Positions 10,985-24,585 are shown, counted from the stretch's first letter. The stretch: DNA of 64,000 bases from Octopus sinensis (GCF_006345805.1 NC_043009.1:25730001-25794000); one strand, 5' to 3'. Translations and numbers: made by a program. The notes: generated by a model from the letters alone, not told the origin.

Positions 10985-13900
10985 ACGGGAAGCTTTATGA
11001 AAATAAACAAAAGACGAAGGCAGGTGGAAAACAAACGAACAAATATATATATACATATATATATATACATATATATATATACATACTCATAGACATGCAT
11101 ATATGTTTCATATATATTGGAGCCTGGTGCAGCCTCCTGGCTTCCCAGGCCCTGGTCAAACCGTCCAACCAATGCTAGCATGGAAAACAGACGTTAAACG
11201 ATGATGATGATATATATACACATACTCATATACACATGCATATATGTTTCATATATATATATACATACATACATACTCATATACACATGCACATATGTTT
11301 CATATATATATATATATATGTATACACACATACACATGCATATCTGTATATATGTTTCATATATTCTTTTACTTGTTTGTCATTTTCCTGTGGCCATGCT
11401 GGAGCATCGCTTTATATGTGTGTGTGTGTGTGTGTGTTGAAACACCTCTGAATGTAGCATAGCTCTGCTCAATTACATTTGACCTTGGGCTTACAGTGTA
11501 CAACGATCAATGTTAGGATGACATTTTGTTTTGTCTCCTCAATCAATATACAACAACAACAAGGCTTCGCCTTTGAGTTCCTGTGTGGCCTAATTTTATT
11601 TTATTTTTATTTCATAATCATCCTTTGTGAACTTTAATGTCCTTGTTGAGTAAAGTTTCCTACTCTGTCATATTTCTGGATGATACCAGTGATAAGGAAA
11701 AAATCTGTAACACAGCAGGTTTTGTTTGAAGTGTTTTGGTGTCATATTTGCTTTGTGTTGTTGTTTACATTTTTTTAATGCTAGTTGCTGTGTGATAAGA
11801 AGCTTGCTTCTCAACCACATGGTTCTGGGTTCAGTCCCACTGCATGGCACCTTGGGCAAATGTCTTTTACTGTAGCCTTGGGCAGACCAAAGCCTTGTGA
11901 GTAGATTTGGTAGACGGAAACTGAAAGAAGCCCGTCGTGTATGTATGTATTTATTTGTTATTTGTGTCTTCCCCCCACATCTGTTGACAACTGATGTTGG
12001 TGTGTTTACATCCCCATAACTTAGCAGTTCAGCAAAAAGAGATTGATAGAATAAGTACTAGGTTTATAAAGTATAAGTCCTGGGGTTGATTTGTTCGACT
12101 AAAGACTCCAGCATGGCCGCAGTTAAATGACTGAAACAAGTAAAAGATTAAAAGAATATGGTGCAAACTATAAACCTATATATGCAGGAGGTAAGAAGTT
12201 TTCTTCACAACAGTATGGTTTCAGGTTCTGTCCTACTGCACAGCACCTTGAGTAATTATTTTCTTTCTGAATATAAACCCAAGCCAGTTAGTGTTTTGTG
12301 AGTGGAATTAGTTTGTGGAGACTCTATGGAAACCTGTTGTATGGATATTTGTTGTATGGATGTTTTATGTTTGTTTGTTTCCTTGTCTTTTATATCTTTT
12401 TTTCCATGCTAGCATGGCTCAGTGGTTAGAACATCGAGCTTACGATCATGAGGTTGTGAGCTTGAATCCCAGACTGGGCTGCATGTTGTGTTCTTGAGCA
12501 AGACACTTTATTTCACATTGCTCCAGTTTACTCAGCTGTAGAAATCAGTTGTGACGTCACTGGTGCCAAGCTGTAACGGCCCCTTTGCCTTTCCCCTGGC
12601 TAACACTGGTGGCGTGGAGAGCAGAGACCGGTATGCATGGGTAACTGCTGGTCTTCCGTAAACAACCTTGCCCGGACTTGTGCCTGGGAGGGTAACTTCC
12701 TAGGTGCAATCCCATGGTCTGTGTCGTGACCGAAGGGAATCTCAGCATGGGTTAAGTGGACGTATTATGAAGACATTATTTTTCAGCTGGAGTTTTTCTC
12801 ATGAGGGATCTTTTATTTCTGCACGTCTTTAAAAGTGCAAAGCTAACAGACAATTTGTTGATAGAGGACACAAAAACAGTCCCACTGCTTGTAGTTCAGT
12901 GAATTTTCAAGAAGCAAAATTTTGAACATATACAAAGATGTAAAGAAATACATAGGCACACACACACACACTTATTGTTAGCAACATGTAATGTTCATTT
13001 TCCATGCTGATTTGATTTGGACAGTTTCACAAGAATTGGCAAGCCTGGGAGCCACACCAAGTTCCATTGTCTGTTCTGGCATGGTTTCTACATCTGGATG
13101 CCCTTCCTAACATCAACCACTTTACAGAGTGCTCTGGACGCTTTTTTTTATATGGCACCAGCACCAACAGGGTTGCCAAACACCTTTGCAAGATAAAAAC
13201 CCCTCAATTGGCTTCTTTCAGTTTCTGTGTATCAAACCCCAACCCACATGACTTTGTTTGACCGCCACTACAGCGGAAGATATTTACTTAAGGTGCTGTG
13301 CTTTTAGATTGAACCAGAAACTATGGGGTTGGAAAATAAACTTTTTAACCACACAGCCATGTGTATATTTGATTTGTGTGCGTATGTGTGTGTTGACATA
13401 CTGAAACTACACTTGTCATTTTCAGAGTTGAAAAATGTTATGACATTTACATTCCTTATTGACCTTATAACCAGTGGTCACCCTACACTTTAGATGACTG
13501 GCAGAATAAAGAAAAACAACCCCTTATTTAACCCCTTAGCTTTCAGATTACTCTCTTAAATGTCATTTCCATAATTTTGAATTAATAATGTATTATATCA
13601 TAGCTTCAAGATTTCCCTGATGTGATAGTTTGTTTTTTTAGAATACATTGTAGGTAGGTGTGAGAGGCTAGATCTGGCTGATTTGAACATGCAACCAGTA
13701 GAAATGGTGCCTGATACTAGTTTAAATGCTAAATGGTTAAAAAAAAACAAAAAAAAACAGGCAAGAGTTGATCAGAAGAAAGGCATTGTGCAGTAAAATA
13801 CTGCCACACAGTCCCTTTTCAACCCATGCTCACATGGAAAATCATAATCATCAAAATTTAATGTTCACTTTTCCATGCTTGCATGGGTCAGACGGAATTT

Positions 13901-14529
13901 GCTGGGGCAGATTTTCTACTGCTGGATGGCTCTCCTGTTGTCTGCCCTCACTTGTTTCCAAGCAGGATAACATCTCAACACAGCTAAACTTGTTCTTCAT
14001 GGAAGGCTGGCAATTAATAACATCACTTGTATGAAAATGATGTTCATTCATAACCATCATGTGATGTCTAGACAAGGGTACAGACAGACACACATACGCA
14101 TCCACACACACATTTTACATACACATATTAAAAGCACCATTTGAGCATGATCATTACCAGCGTCGCCTTACTGGCACTTGTGCCAGTGGCATGTGAACAA
14201 AACATTCAAGTAAGGTTGTTGCCAGTGCCGCTGGACTGACACCTGTACAGGTGGCATGTAAAAAACACCATTTGAGCGTGGCCGTTGCCAGTACCGCCAG
14301 ACTGGCTCTCATGCTGGTGGCACATAAAAGCACCCACTACACTCTTGAAGTGGTTGGCGTTAGGAAGGGCATCCAGCTGTAGAAACTCTGCCAGATCAGA
14401 TTGGAGCCTGGTGCAGCCATCTGGTTTGCAAGTCCTCAGTCAAATCGTCCAAATGGAAAGCGGACATTAAATGATGATGATGATGTTAGTTCATCTGTTG
14501 TTGTCAATGATGATCAAAGAGATTGCATG

Positions 14530-14835
14530 GGAGAAGAAGACCGAGGCATGATGTGTCTGGCTGTGGTTGCTCAGTCCGATGCATGCTTATAAGGCCCTGC
14601 CACAAGTTGTGCTTTGTTGGGAGTGAAGGCAAGGAGTTAGCTCTGGTCTTGTGCAATTCATGTTTTCTTTTTGCCCCAGCAATCCTGTTCTGTTTGTTGG
14701 AGGTGGCACCTCTATTGGTGCAGATTTGCCAGGCAGGGCAGTCTTGCACTTGCATTTCCCAAGTGTGAGGTTTAATCTCAAAACTCTTCAGTGAAGCTTC
14801 GAGTGTATCCTTGAAAACCCTTTTTCTCTCCACTT
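14530..14835 (-). mobile_element. RTE-clade (BovB-like) LINE ORF C-terminal remnant
   Basis: KRVFKDTLEASLKSFEIKPHTWE...PAW and a frameshifted TCGR zinc-finger tail. Confidence 0.7.
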
Positions 14836-17311
14836 TGCTAGGGCTTGCTCTCCACCTGTTTATTTGTATATTAATGTGTGCATACTTGTGTGTGTGTGTA
14901 TATTTATTTATTTATGTAGGCTTGTGTACATGTCATCATCATTTAATGTCCATTGTCCATGGGTTGGTCAGTTTGACCAGAGCTGGTAGACCGAGGGTTT
15001 TCACCAGACTCCAGTCTGTTGTGGCATGGTTTCTATGGCTGGGTGCCCTTCCTAGCAGCAACCACTCCGAGAGTGTAATGGGTGCTTTTTACATGCCTTC
15101 AGCATGGGTTCCAGTTACATGACTCCAGTATCTGCCATGGCTATGATTTCACTTGGCTTCATGGGTCTTCTTCTCAAGCACAGCATATTGCCAAAAGTCT
15201 CGCTCATTTCTCATTGACTCCATGAGTTTATGTATAATTTATAACAGTGAGTGTGTTAGACTTTTAAGAGTGTTACAACAGTACTAGCTCTGACAGCAGA
15301 TTTACTATTCTCTAACCCAAAAGAATTGAAACTGGTCATATCTAGCCCAAATATCCTACCTCTTTTATGTTCAAACCGGGTAGATCTGACCTTTCACACC
15401 TACCTTACAATGTCATTCTAAGAATAAACAGTCACATCATCAAAATTTATCGTTATGAGATAATGCATGATTTAATTCAAAATAATGTGAGGAGGAGTTC
15501 ATGTTCCTTCCGCTGCTTCCCCGGCTGGCTTCCATGCCGGTGGCACATGAAAAGCACCAACTGATCGTGGCCGTTGCCAGCCTCCTCTGGCCCCTGTGCC
15601 AGTGGCATGTAAAAAGCACCCACTACACACACGGAGTGGTTGGCGTTAGGAAGGGCATCCAGCTGTAGAAACACTGCCAGATCAGACTGGAGCCTGGTGC
15701 AGCCTCCTGGCTTCCCAGACCCCGGTCGAACCGTCCAACCCATGCTTGCATGGAAAACGGACGTTAAACGATGATGATGATGTGAATAAATAAGCATCAT
15801 ATTTGACAGAGTACTCTGAATGTTAAGGTGTTGAATATGAAAATCCTCTAAAATACATACCAGTAATATACTAGTTATCTGAGCTCTATATTGATCTTAC
15901 CAACCTTGCTGTCGATTGGTTGATTGCTGTCTGCAGACATTATTTCCTTTACTTGTGATTGGTCTGAAAAGAGACACTCAAATGTGTTTAATTATAAACA
16001 ACTGAAAGAGTTGATGGTTTAATGGCTGTTATATTGAACAAGGTCAGATGAATTTCAGATAAAAGGCAAGCAACAAATCCTGAATAGATACATAGAAATG
16101 ATTATGAATAAAGGCAAAGCTGAATACAGACACAGAATCAAGCTGAACACATATATACACGTGTACAAACACACACGTACACATAAATTCATACATCCAG
16201 ATATGCGAGTGTATGTGTTGATATGTGTTTGCATGTATGTATGTGTGTATGGTATACGTGTGTGTCTGGATATGGAAAGCAGGTGTTAAATGATGATATG
16301 TATGTGTGTGGATGTATATATATGTATGTGTCTATCTTTGTTTCTGTGTGTGTGTATATATGTATATGAACCTGTTATAGGCTAAAATATAGGTGACATA
16401 TGTAAACATTCTCAGTGGAAAGAATTAAAACGTTTGCATGTTTTTATCAAGTCTTGTTAGACAAAGTGATTTTGTATAATTGAAGTAAATTTGATTCTCT
16501 GTCAAATCTAAATATTTTGTAGTTTGTTTAATTATTTCATTTTATTTTATTTTATTTTATTTAAAAAAAATTTTTCTTGCAAATCATCAAATGTTTGATG
16601 AAAATTATAGAATTATTAAAACAAAAAAAAGCAAAAATTACAGAACAAAACAATTTTATACAGTTGCAGGCATGGGTAAGATGGGTAGGTGTTTAAGAAG
16701 CTTGCTTTGCAACTATGCAGCTTTGGGTTCAATCTCATTGTGTGGCACCTTGGGCGATTGTTTTCTACTGTATCCATAGGCTGACCTTTGCCTTGTGAGT
16801 GAATTTGGTACATGGAAACTGTGTGGAAACCTGTTGAGCATGCAGGACTGGCTCAAGGTATTGGCATCTCTGGTACTGGCTCAAGGTACTATGTGCTCCA
16901 TACAGCCTAAGTGAGGGCATTTATACCTCCATATCTGTGAATGGTTATATTTAATGCTTGTTTTGCTATATATATTTGTTTCTTTTTGCATACAAATACT
17001 GAGAAGAAAATTTGCAGAACAGACATTATTTTAACAAGATGCATCTTGTAATCACCAATGGATACTCCTAAACCAGTTGTTAAGTATCCCATCCATGATG
17101 GGTTGATGCTAGATGTGTCAAAACAATTGTTGTGATTTATGATAAACTCTCCTATCTTCCATCTTCGGTCTCATTAATTAAACATCCAATAAACATGGTG
17201 AAAATGAATGTGATTTACCAGTTAGCTACCAGGTGTATACCATATCTAATAATGAACATATATATAATCTTTTACTCATTTCAGCCATGCGGCTGCAGTC
17301 ATGCTGGAGCA

Positions 17312-18024
17312 TAGGGTGGCCCAAAAGTAGGTTTACAGTTATCATGTAGGCACTTTAAATTTCTTTTAAAACATTTTATTACATTTTAATTTCTATCTTA
17401 CAAACAAAAAAAGGGAGCTTGACAAAATTAACTCAATTAGTATGGAGTAACAGTTTCGTATTGTTTTATAATTAAGATCACCATTCAAGCATGGTCAATG
17501 CCTATTTCTTTACTACCCACAAGGGGCTAAACACAGAGAGGACAAACAAGGACAGATAGATGGATTGAGTCGATTATATTGACCCCAGTGCGTAACTGGT
17601 ACTTAATTTATCGACCCTGAAAGGATAAGTTGACCTCGGCGGAATTTGAACTCAGAACGTAACGGCAGATGAAATACAGCTACGCATTTCACCTGGCATG
17701 CTAACATGTCTGCTAGTTTGCTGTGGTCAATGCCAGTACTGCCTGACTGTCCCTCGTGCTGGTGGCACATAAAAGGCACCTACTGCACTCTTGGCATGGT
17801 TGGCGTTAGGAAGGGCATCCAGCTGTAGAAAGTTTGCCAGATCGAATTGGAGCCTGGTGCAGCCTGCTACCTTGCCAGCCCTCAGTCAAAGCATCTAACC
17901 CATGCCAGCATGGAAAACGGACGTTAAACGACGACGATGATAAGGATGATAAGATCTAAACTGTTAATATATGAATGTGAAGGAGATAGTTGAATAACTG
18001 TGAACCTACTTTTGGGCCGCCCTG
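17312..18024. mobile_element. Tc1/mariner-type MITE hosting a nested RTE 3' fragment and a SINE
   Basis: TIRs AGGGTGGCCCAAAAGTAGGTTTACAGTTAT / ATAACTGTGAACCTACTTTTGGGCCGCCCTG-TA. Confidence 0.8.
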
Positions 18025-18371
18025 TACATATATATTTATCCGCATATTTGCAATGAGGCCATTTAACCATACACCTGTGGCTGTGGCTGAAGTTTTTAGA
18101 AAACTAGGTCAAATGTTCATTTTTTTACATTTTTAAAAATTTTCTTTTGATCTTTTGTTTCTGTTAACTTCTCCATCCTAACACTAACCGCTCAAATGTA
18201 AAGGAGGGTGTGGGCTTTCTCCCACCTCTTTTTTTTTTTTTTTCGTTTCAGACAAACTGAAACTAGTTTATTTGATTGCTTTGTTTAGAAACACAGCAAT
18301 TGCGTCATACATTCAAAGTTGTGTGTTTGTTTGCTTTTTTTTTTTCTCCTGCTAATTGGAGGAACAAGCAA

Positions 18372-18403
<32 letters not shown>

Positions 18404-19020
18404 CATGGTTTTTGAGGAATTATGCAGAGTGAGGTGAGGAGGCTGGATGAGATGGGAGTGTGTGACATGCTATCCCTAGATGGGTTATGCAACATGATTA
18501 GATGGGGAGGGGGGCAGAGGGGGTATGCCATAGGTTATGATGGGTGATGGTGGTAGTAGTTTCAAAGGAGGAGTTGTCACAATCTCTGTAGAGTGAGAGG
18601 GAGGGAGGGAGGGAGTTATCTTGACTACTGTTTAGAGTGTGTTGTTGTTGGATATAGGCTTGCCTTTCAATCTACTATTGTTGTTGTTTAACCCCAGGTC
18701 AAACTTGATGGAACAGACCTATGATCAGGAGTATTCCGACCATGACCATCAACAAGTCTTACGTTTAGACTTCGTATGTCTGGCACTATATTATTTCATC
18801 TATCGTCTTTCTGTATTTTACATGGAGTTTGTGAAGTCTGAGGAAAGTTTGGCTGTTATTTCTAGTAAAGTTGAAAGATCTGTGTTGAGACTCCCACACT
18901 GACTCTTTCAGTCTATAATGTATGTATGTATGTGTGTAATGCATACATTTGTGTGCATCTGGTGGGGCATGAGTAGATTGTCTGGAATGAGTTAGCAGTA
19001 TTCTAGTGCAGAAAATATAA

Positions 19021-19452
19021 ACTCTTCCTTCTCTTTCTCCTCTCCTCCATCTCCTTCCCTTCATCTTCTCCTCTTCTTCTCCCTTTTCCTTCACTTCCTC
19101 CTGCTCCTCTTCTCCCTCCTCTTTTCCGCTACTTCCTCCTTCTCTTCTTGCACCTCTTCCACTTCTTCCTCCTCCTCCTCTTGCTCCTCTTCTACCTCCT
19201 TTTCTTCCTCTACTTTTTCCTCCACTTCCTCCTCTCTTTGTCCCCATTTTTGTCATCCTTCTCCTCTTGTCCTTCTTCCTCCCCTCCTTCCCTCTTCTCT
19301 TTTCCTCCACTTCATCCTCTCTTTGTCCTCGTTTTCGTCATCCTTCTCCTCTTGTCCTGCTTCCTCCCCTCCTTCCCTCTTCTCTTTTCCTCCACTTCTT
19401 CCTCCTCCTCTTCCTCACACTTTTCTTCCTCCCCCTTCTTCCTTCTCCCCTG
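19021..19452. repeat. Polypyrimidine (CCT/CTT) low-complexity tract with internal ~90-bp tandem duplication
   Basis: About 430 bp of almost pure C/T; the block around 19216-19310 is repeated around 19310-19400. Confidence 0.9.
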
Positions 19453-19634
19453 CTCACCCATGGTGTCATGCAGTGGGACTGAACCTGGAACCATGTGGTT
19501 GGGAAGTAAACCTCTTACCACGTAGCCATGCAGACCTTGAATAAAGTCATATGGACTGTTAACCAGTCACAAATAGCTGGATGCAGATGCAAAGTTTTCT
19601 ATGCAGCAGAAACGTGCGTCGAACAAATTTAAAC

Positions 19635-20155
19635 CAATATGCGCTGGTATGGTCATGTGCTGAGAATGGATGAGGATAGCTGTGTAAAAAAGTGTCACAC
19701 CCTATTGGTTGAGGGAACCTCTGGAAGAGATAGACCCAGGAAGACCTAGGATAAAGTGGTGAAGCATGACCTTCGAGCATTAGGCCTCACCGATGCAATG
19801 ACTAGTGACCAAGACCTTTGGAAATATGCTGTGCTTGAGAAGATCAAGCCAAGTGAGACCATAACCCGTGGCCTATGCCAGTGGTGTAACCAGCCCACTT
19901 ATGTGTACCTTTCCTTCATTGGACAATAAATTCTACTTGCAAAGACCTGTTGAGGCAAGTGAAATTGAATCAAATTTGATGACAGCGTCGCATGACTAGC
20001 ATCCGTGCCAGTGGAGTGCTAAGAGCACCATCCGAGCGTGATCGTTGCCAGGGCTGCTGACTGGCTCCCATGCTGGTAGTATGAAAAACGCACCATTCGA
20101 GCATGATCATTACCAGTGTCGCCTTACTGGCACTTGTGCTGGTGGGCACGTGAAG
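19635..20155 (+). mobile_element. RTE-clade LINE 3' end (ORF tail + 3' UTR with subrepeats)
   Basis: MRWYGHVLRMDEDSCVKK...GRDRPRKT*...DLWKYAV followed by GCACCATTCGAGCGTG... subrepeats. Confidence 0.8.
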
Positions 20156-20692
20156 TACCCAAGGAAGCGTGCTCGGGTTTCTTTCAATAACCCATGTAGT
20201 CTTGAACAAATATAGACCCCCTCTTGACCCTTCCCACATTGACTGATAATGTGACAGCTGGTAGAAGGGGTGGGGGTGATATACCTACAACTGGCTGCTG
20301 CTTATTTTCAGCCGATCATACAGGAGTAATGTGAAATGAAGTGCCTTGCCCAAGGACACAACACATAACCCAATTCAGGAATTGAATACACGATCTTAGT
20401 GATTCTCTCACTGTTATTTCAACTAGTAGAGTGAAGTCTATACTTCATTGAGGAGGTCTACTAAGACTGAAATATGTTCTGAGTTGTCTCCCATAATTGC
20501 GAAAATAATTAAAATATTAGTAGTTATCATTAACTGATATTGCCTTTTCTTCTCTGCATAATTATTCCACAGTGGCTTTCTTTTTAAAGCTCACTGCATT
20601 AAGTTAACTTGACTATAGTTTTCTCCTACAGATGTTGTCCTTGAGTGATTTTTCTCTAATGTTTTCTCTAAGTCAGTATAAACTATTGGGTG

Positions 20693-21077
20693 CTGGTGTA
20701 GCTTGTGATCTACAGTAACTTAAATCTAGACACATTGTTTAGCAAAAAACAGGATGGGTTTCACCTTATTTTTCTTTGTTTTCCCACTATTTCTCCTCCA
20801 CATTTGTGGCATGGATCAGTATCTCCATGTTCATCGGAGAAGTTCTATTGCAGCTTCTTCATCTCAAATAACCTGTGTGTAAAATTATTTTGCTCTCATC
20901 ACAACTTTTTTCGATGGGCTCAGAACTAAAAGTGTTTAAATCATAAAAGTGTTTTTGGTTTATTTACCAAATCAACAGAAAGTCAAGTAAATAGATGAAT
21001 TTTAAATGTAGGTCAAAAAGTCAGTGTAAATTACAGATTATACCATTTGAACTAATGTAGATCACAAGCTATACCAG
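20693..21077. mobile_element. MITE-like element
   Basis: Inverted ends CTGGTGTAGCTTGTGATCTACA / TGTAGATCACAAGCTATACCAG. Confidence 0.55.
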
Positions 21078-21557
21078 AAACATGTATGTAGATCGCATAC
21101 TACACTGGGCATTGACTGTTACCCTAAATACACAATGGAACACCTGCATTGGATTTGATTGGTTGACCTTTGATCAAGTCCATTCATTTAAACATTTTGA
21201 TTTTTGTGAATGGGTGTATATATATGTTGTTTAACCTCATGTCCTCCTTGGTGAAGCAGGCATATGATCAAAGGTGCTTAACCTTTGTGTTACAATATTT
21301 GTTAAAATACAATTCTTTGGTTTCAATTAATTTTGAAAATAGTGAGGAATATAGTAATATAACTTTGACATGAATTAAACTGGTATTTGGAACACTAATT
21401 AACATAAAATTTTGACGGAAGATTTTCATTTAGATCACTTTAACCCTTTTGTTAACATATTTCTGTTGAAATACATTGCTTTTATTTCTATTAATTTTGA
21501 AAATAGTGAAGAATTTAGCAAAATAACTTTATCATTAATTGTTTGGTTCACTAATTA

Positions 21558-22747
21558 CCGTATCTTAACGTGTATAAGGAAACACCCAATTTTTTGTGCT
21601 TAAAATTTGGAAAAAAGGTTTTGTAAGGGATTATAATACTATCCATGTATAAGTAACTCTAGTAATTTTTTAACCTACTTTTGACAAAAAAGGGTCCCTT
21701 ATACATGTTAACCCTTTCGTTACTATATTTCTGACCAAAATACACCCCTTATGTGCTTCAATTAATTTCTAACATAATCATAAATTTAGTCTGGTTTCAT
21801 TAAACAACTATAACTTTTTTATTTATCAATATATTAACGTGAATTTTGGAAGATAATTTAATGAAATGTTCTCGACCAATTCTATACTATAATTTTTGTC
21901 ACAAAGTGACTCTAATTGCAGGTAGATACAGGTAAATTCAACAAAATATAAAATTATTATAATTTTGTTCAAATATCGCTATAGAAAATGGGTTATTAGC
22001 TAATATTCAGTTGGGTATACAACAAAATTTTACGATAGAATTTGTTATTCTGGGTAACTTTCTGATACCCATAATAATAAGACCACTTTCTTTTGCTTTG
22101 TTTACATTCAGTGTAAGGGTTCGTTTCCGCCGTAATGATTTCAAATAGGCTCATTCGAAAAAGTAAAAAGAAATAGTCTAAGGCTTTACTCTCCTGGGAA
22201 AGTCTGTGGCTTGGTCCAGTTTCTTCAGAAAAATCACCAAAAGAAACAGTTTTTAAATTTTCACTCCATTCAGGTGCCAATTCATTTTCTTTATCGCTGT
22301 CGGAGCTCTCGGATTCACTGTTTTCACTTTCGGAAAATGAAACATCAGATTCATTATCAAATACCACATGCTTTTTTTTTTCAGTCATAGAGTTAGATTT
22401 ATCAAGGTCTTCAGTAGAAAATCCTTCGAATTCTGACTCGCTGCTTGATATAATGAAATTCGTATCCATTTTTTGTCAGAATTACAAACTTTGAAAACAC
22501 AATAGGAACAAATTTCAGAAAAAATCTCCCAAAATTCACGGTATTAAAATTACACTTCGATTTTTGTACAAAACTGTAGTTGAACTCTTTACGAAGTATA
22601 ATACGTATTTTCACGAATGTACTAAAGAGATTTGCTCTGATATTCTCATTTAAATATGAATAGGTAAGTTCGGGCGGTTTTCGGCGGTTTGGTCACATTA
22701 ACCAAAATTTTTTTTGGCCGGTTTAGTAACGAAAGGGTTAAATACGG
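21558..22747. mobile_element. pogo-like MITE interrupted in its right TIR by a piggyBac
   Basis: TA-CCGTATCTTAACGTGTATAAGG ... CCTTATACATGTTAA[insert]AATACGG-TA. Confidence 0.7.
21712..22737 (-). mobile_element. Internally deleted piggyBac element with N-terminal transposase fragment
   Basis: TTAA TSDs (21708-21711, 22738-22741); TIRs CCCTTTCGTTACT/AGTAACGAAAGGG; ORF 21996-22469 with acidic N-terminus and ALDYFFLLF...IITAETNPY (PGBD-like). Confidence 0.88.
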
Positions 22748-22918
22748 TAATATGAAATTTTGAGGGAAGAGTTTAATTTATACTGATCACTTTAAAACAG
22801 GAAGATTTTATCTTTGTATCTCAAAACCAGGGACAGTTTTAGGCAGGTTCGTTTTAAAAGGAGTAAATCATGACAGTTTTAGGCAGGCTGGTTTTAAAAG
22901 GGGTAAATCATGACAGTT

Positions 22919-23205
22919 TTAGGCCACCTCCTGTACCTTCACCTTAGAACTATCATGGCATCTGATGTGGCTTTTCAAACCAGACAATGTTCTGAAAACA
23001 CACCCATATAGAGCTGCAGATAAGTTCTGATCTTTATTGATCTTAAAATGTCTTTTGAGGCCTCTGTTAGATTTGCAAACCTTCTGGCATAGATTGCATT
23101 CAAAAGTGTGCACAGACATATAGGCAGAATAGTTGGTGGAGGTTCCTTTTTCATGGGTTCGCAAATGAGATTTGAGCCCAGCAAAAGAAAGGCATGGTCT
23201 GTCAC
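22919..23205 (-). mobile_element. LINE (RTE-like) 3' remnant with C2H2 zinc fingers
   Basis: FECNLCQKVCKSNRGLKRHF...FRTLSGLKSHIRCH; isolated, no usable splice context. Confidence 0.55.
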
Positions 23206-23308
23206 AAACTCTGTGTGTGGGTGTGTGTTTGAAAGTGTATGAGAATTACTTAATACAGTTTTTGATGTGTACAGGTGATTTAAAAAAAAATGTTATTTAA
23301 AAAAAATA

Positions 23309-23698
23309 GGCGCAGGAGTGGCTGTGTGGTAAGTAGCTTGCTAACCAACCACATGGTTCCGTTTTCAGTCCCACTGCGTGGCATCTTGGGCAAGTGTCTT
23401 CTGCTATAACCCCGGGCCGACCAATGCCTTGTGAGTGGATTTGGTAGACGGAAACTGAAAGAAGCCTGTCGTATATATGTATATATATATATATGTATAT
23501 GTGTGTGTGTTTGTCCCCCTAGCATTGCTTGACAACCGATGCTGGTGTGTTTATGTCTCCGTCACTTAGCGATTCGGCAAAAAAGACCGATAGAATAAGT
23601 ACTGAGCTTACAAAGAATAAGTCCCGGGGTCGATTTGCTCGACTAAAGGCTGTGCTCCAGCATGGCCGCAGTCAGATGACCGAAACAAGTAAAAGAGT
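23309..23698 (+). mobile_element. tRNA-derived SINE family A (full-length)
   Basis: GGCGCAGGAGTGGCTGTGTGGTAAG (A box)...TTCAGTCCC (B box), internal microsatellite, tail CCAGCATGGCCGCAGTC...GAAACAAGTAAAAGA; copies at 5745-6105, 7664-8030, 11783-12155, 25142-25540 (+) and 10560-10915, 32297-32670, 35575-35985 (-). Confidence 0.88.
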
Positions 23699-24585
23699 AT
23701 TAAATCTATTATGAGGATGTTACTAATCATTTTTGAGAAGAAGTCTTTTTCTAGTGTGTGAGTGCTTTTGTTTAATCTTCTATATATGTATGAGAGAGTG
23801 CATGTTTAAGGAGAAACAGGAGAAATAGAACTCCAGATGGCTAAGTAGATCATATGTATGTATATATATATATATATATATACCATTTAACTTTAAATCT
23901 ACACAAGTGGTTTAAGTTTCACGTGTTACATTTATACAGAACCTCTTAGGACTTGGGTTATATAGATCAACTGGGCAAGTAACAAAAGAAATTTGTATGT
24001 GTGTGTATAAGCATGTATTATATATATGTATACATGTATGAATTATATGTATGCATGTATGTATCTGTGTGCATATGTATTTGTGTATGTATGAATGTGT
24101 ATATATGTACGAATGTGTCTGTGTATGTATGCATGAATATATGTATGCATGATGTATATATTTATGTATATGTATGTGTATATAACTATGTATATATGTG
24201 ATGATGATGATAATAAATATGTTTGTATATACACACACACATATACACTCACATACACACATATTTTAAAATTTTATTTATTTTAACATAAAACTAATTA
24301 CATACAATAATAGTATACACACAGTACTTCTTATATGTCACGGCGACCTTGTTTATTGAGTTGAGCAAAATATTCCGAGCATTTGGGAGAAGGAGAGAGA
24401 GAGAGAGAACTGGGTTAAGTTTTCCCAAGTATAAAATCACAAATTTGAACCCTGTTATTTTTGTGTTTGAATGATTTATTAAGAACTTGCTGATATGCTT
24501 GGTGGTCTTGGGTATGAATTTATATATGGTGCTTGTCGAGTGATTTGTGGGAAAACTCACAATCATTATATGTATGTAAATGTTA

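Noticed and set aside
10694-11462. Many ORFs rich in YI, CV or HT repeats (also 23912-24262, 32990-33403)
   Set aside because: Microsatellite and SINE read-through; not genes
14135-14345. Regularly spaced ~65-bp repeats resembling a CRISPR array
   Set aside because: Eukaryotic LINE 3' UTR subunits; the spacers are homologous and there are no cas genes
16591-16680. MFDENY... ORF with a GGTAAG donor-like site as a possible upstream exon
   Set aside because: The donor lies within a degenerate SINE head; no conserved peptide
18786-19525. 174-aa and 125-aa ORFs (Arg/Gly/Glu-rich or Phe/Leu/Ser-rich)
   Set aside because: Translations of a CCT/CTT low-complexity tract
22919-23164. Host C2H2 zinc-finger gene
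   Set aside because: Second finger is broken, there is no exon context, and it resembles LINE C-terminal fingers
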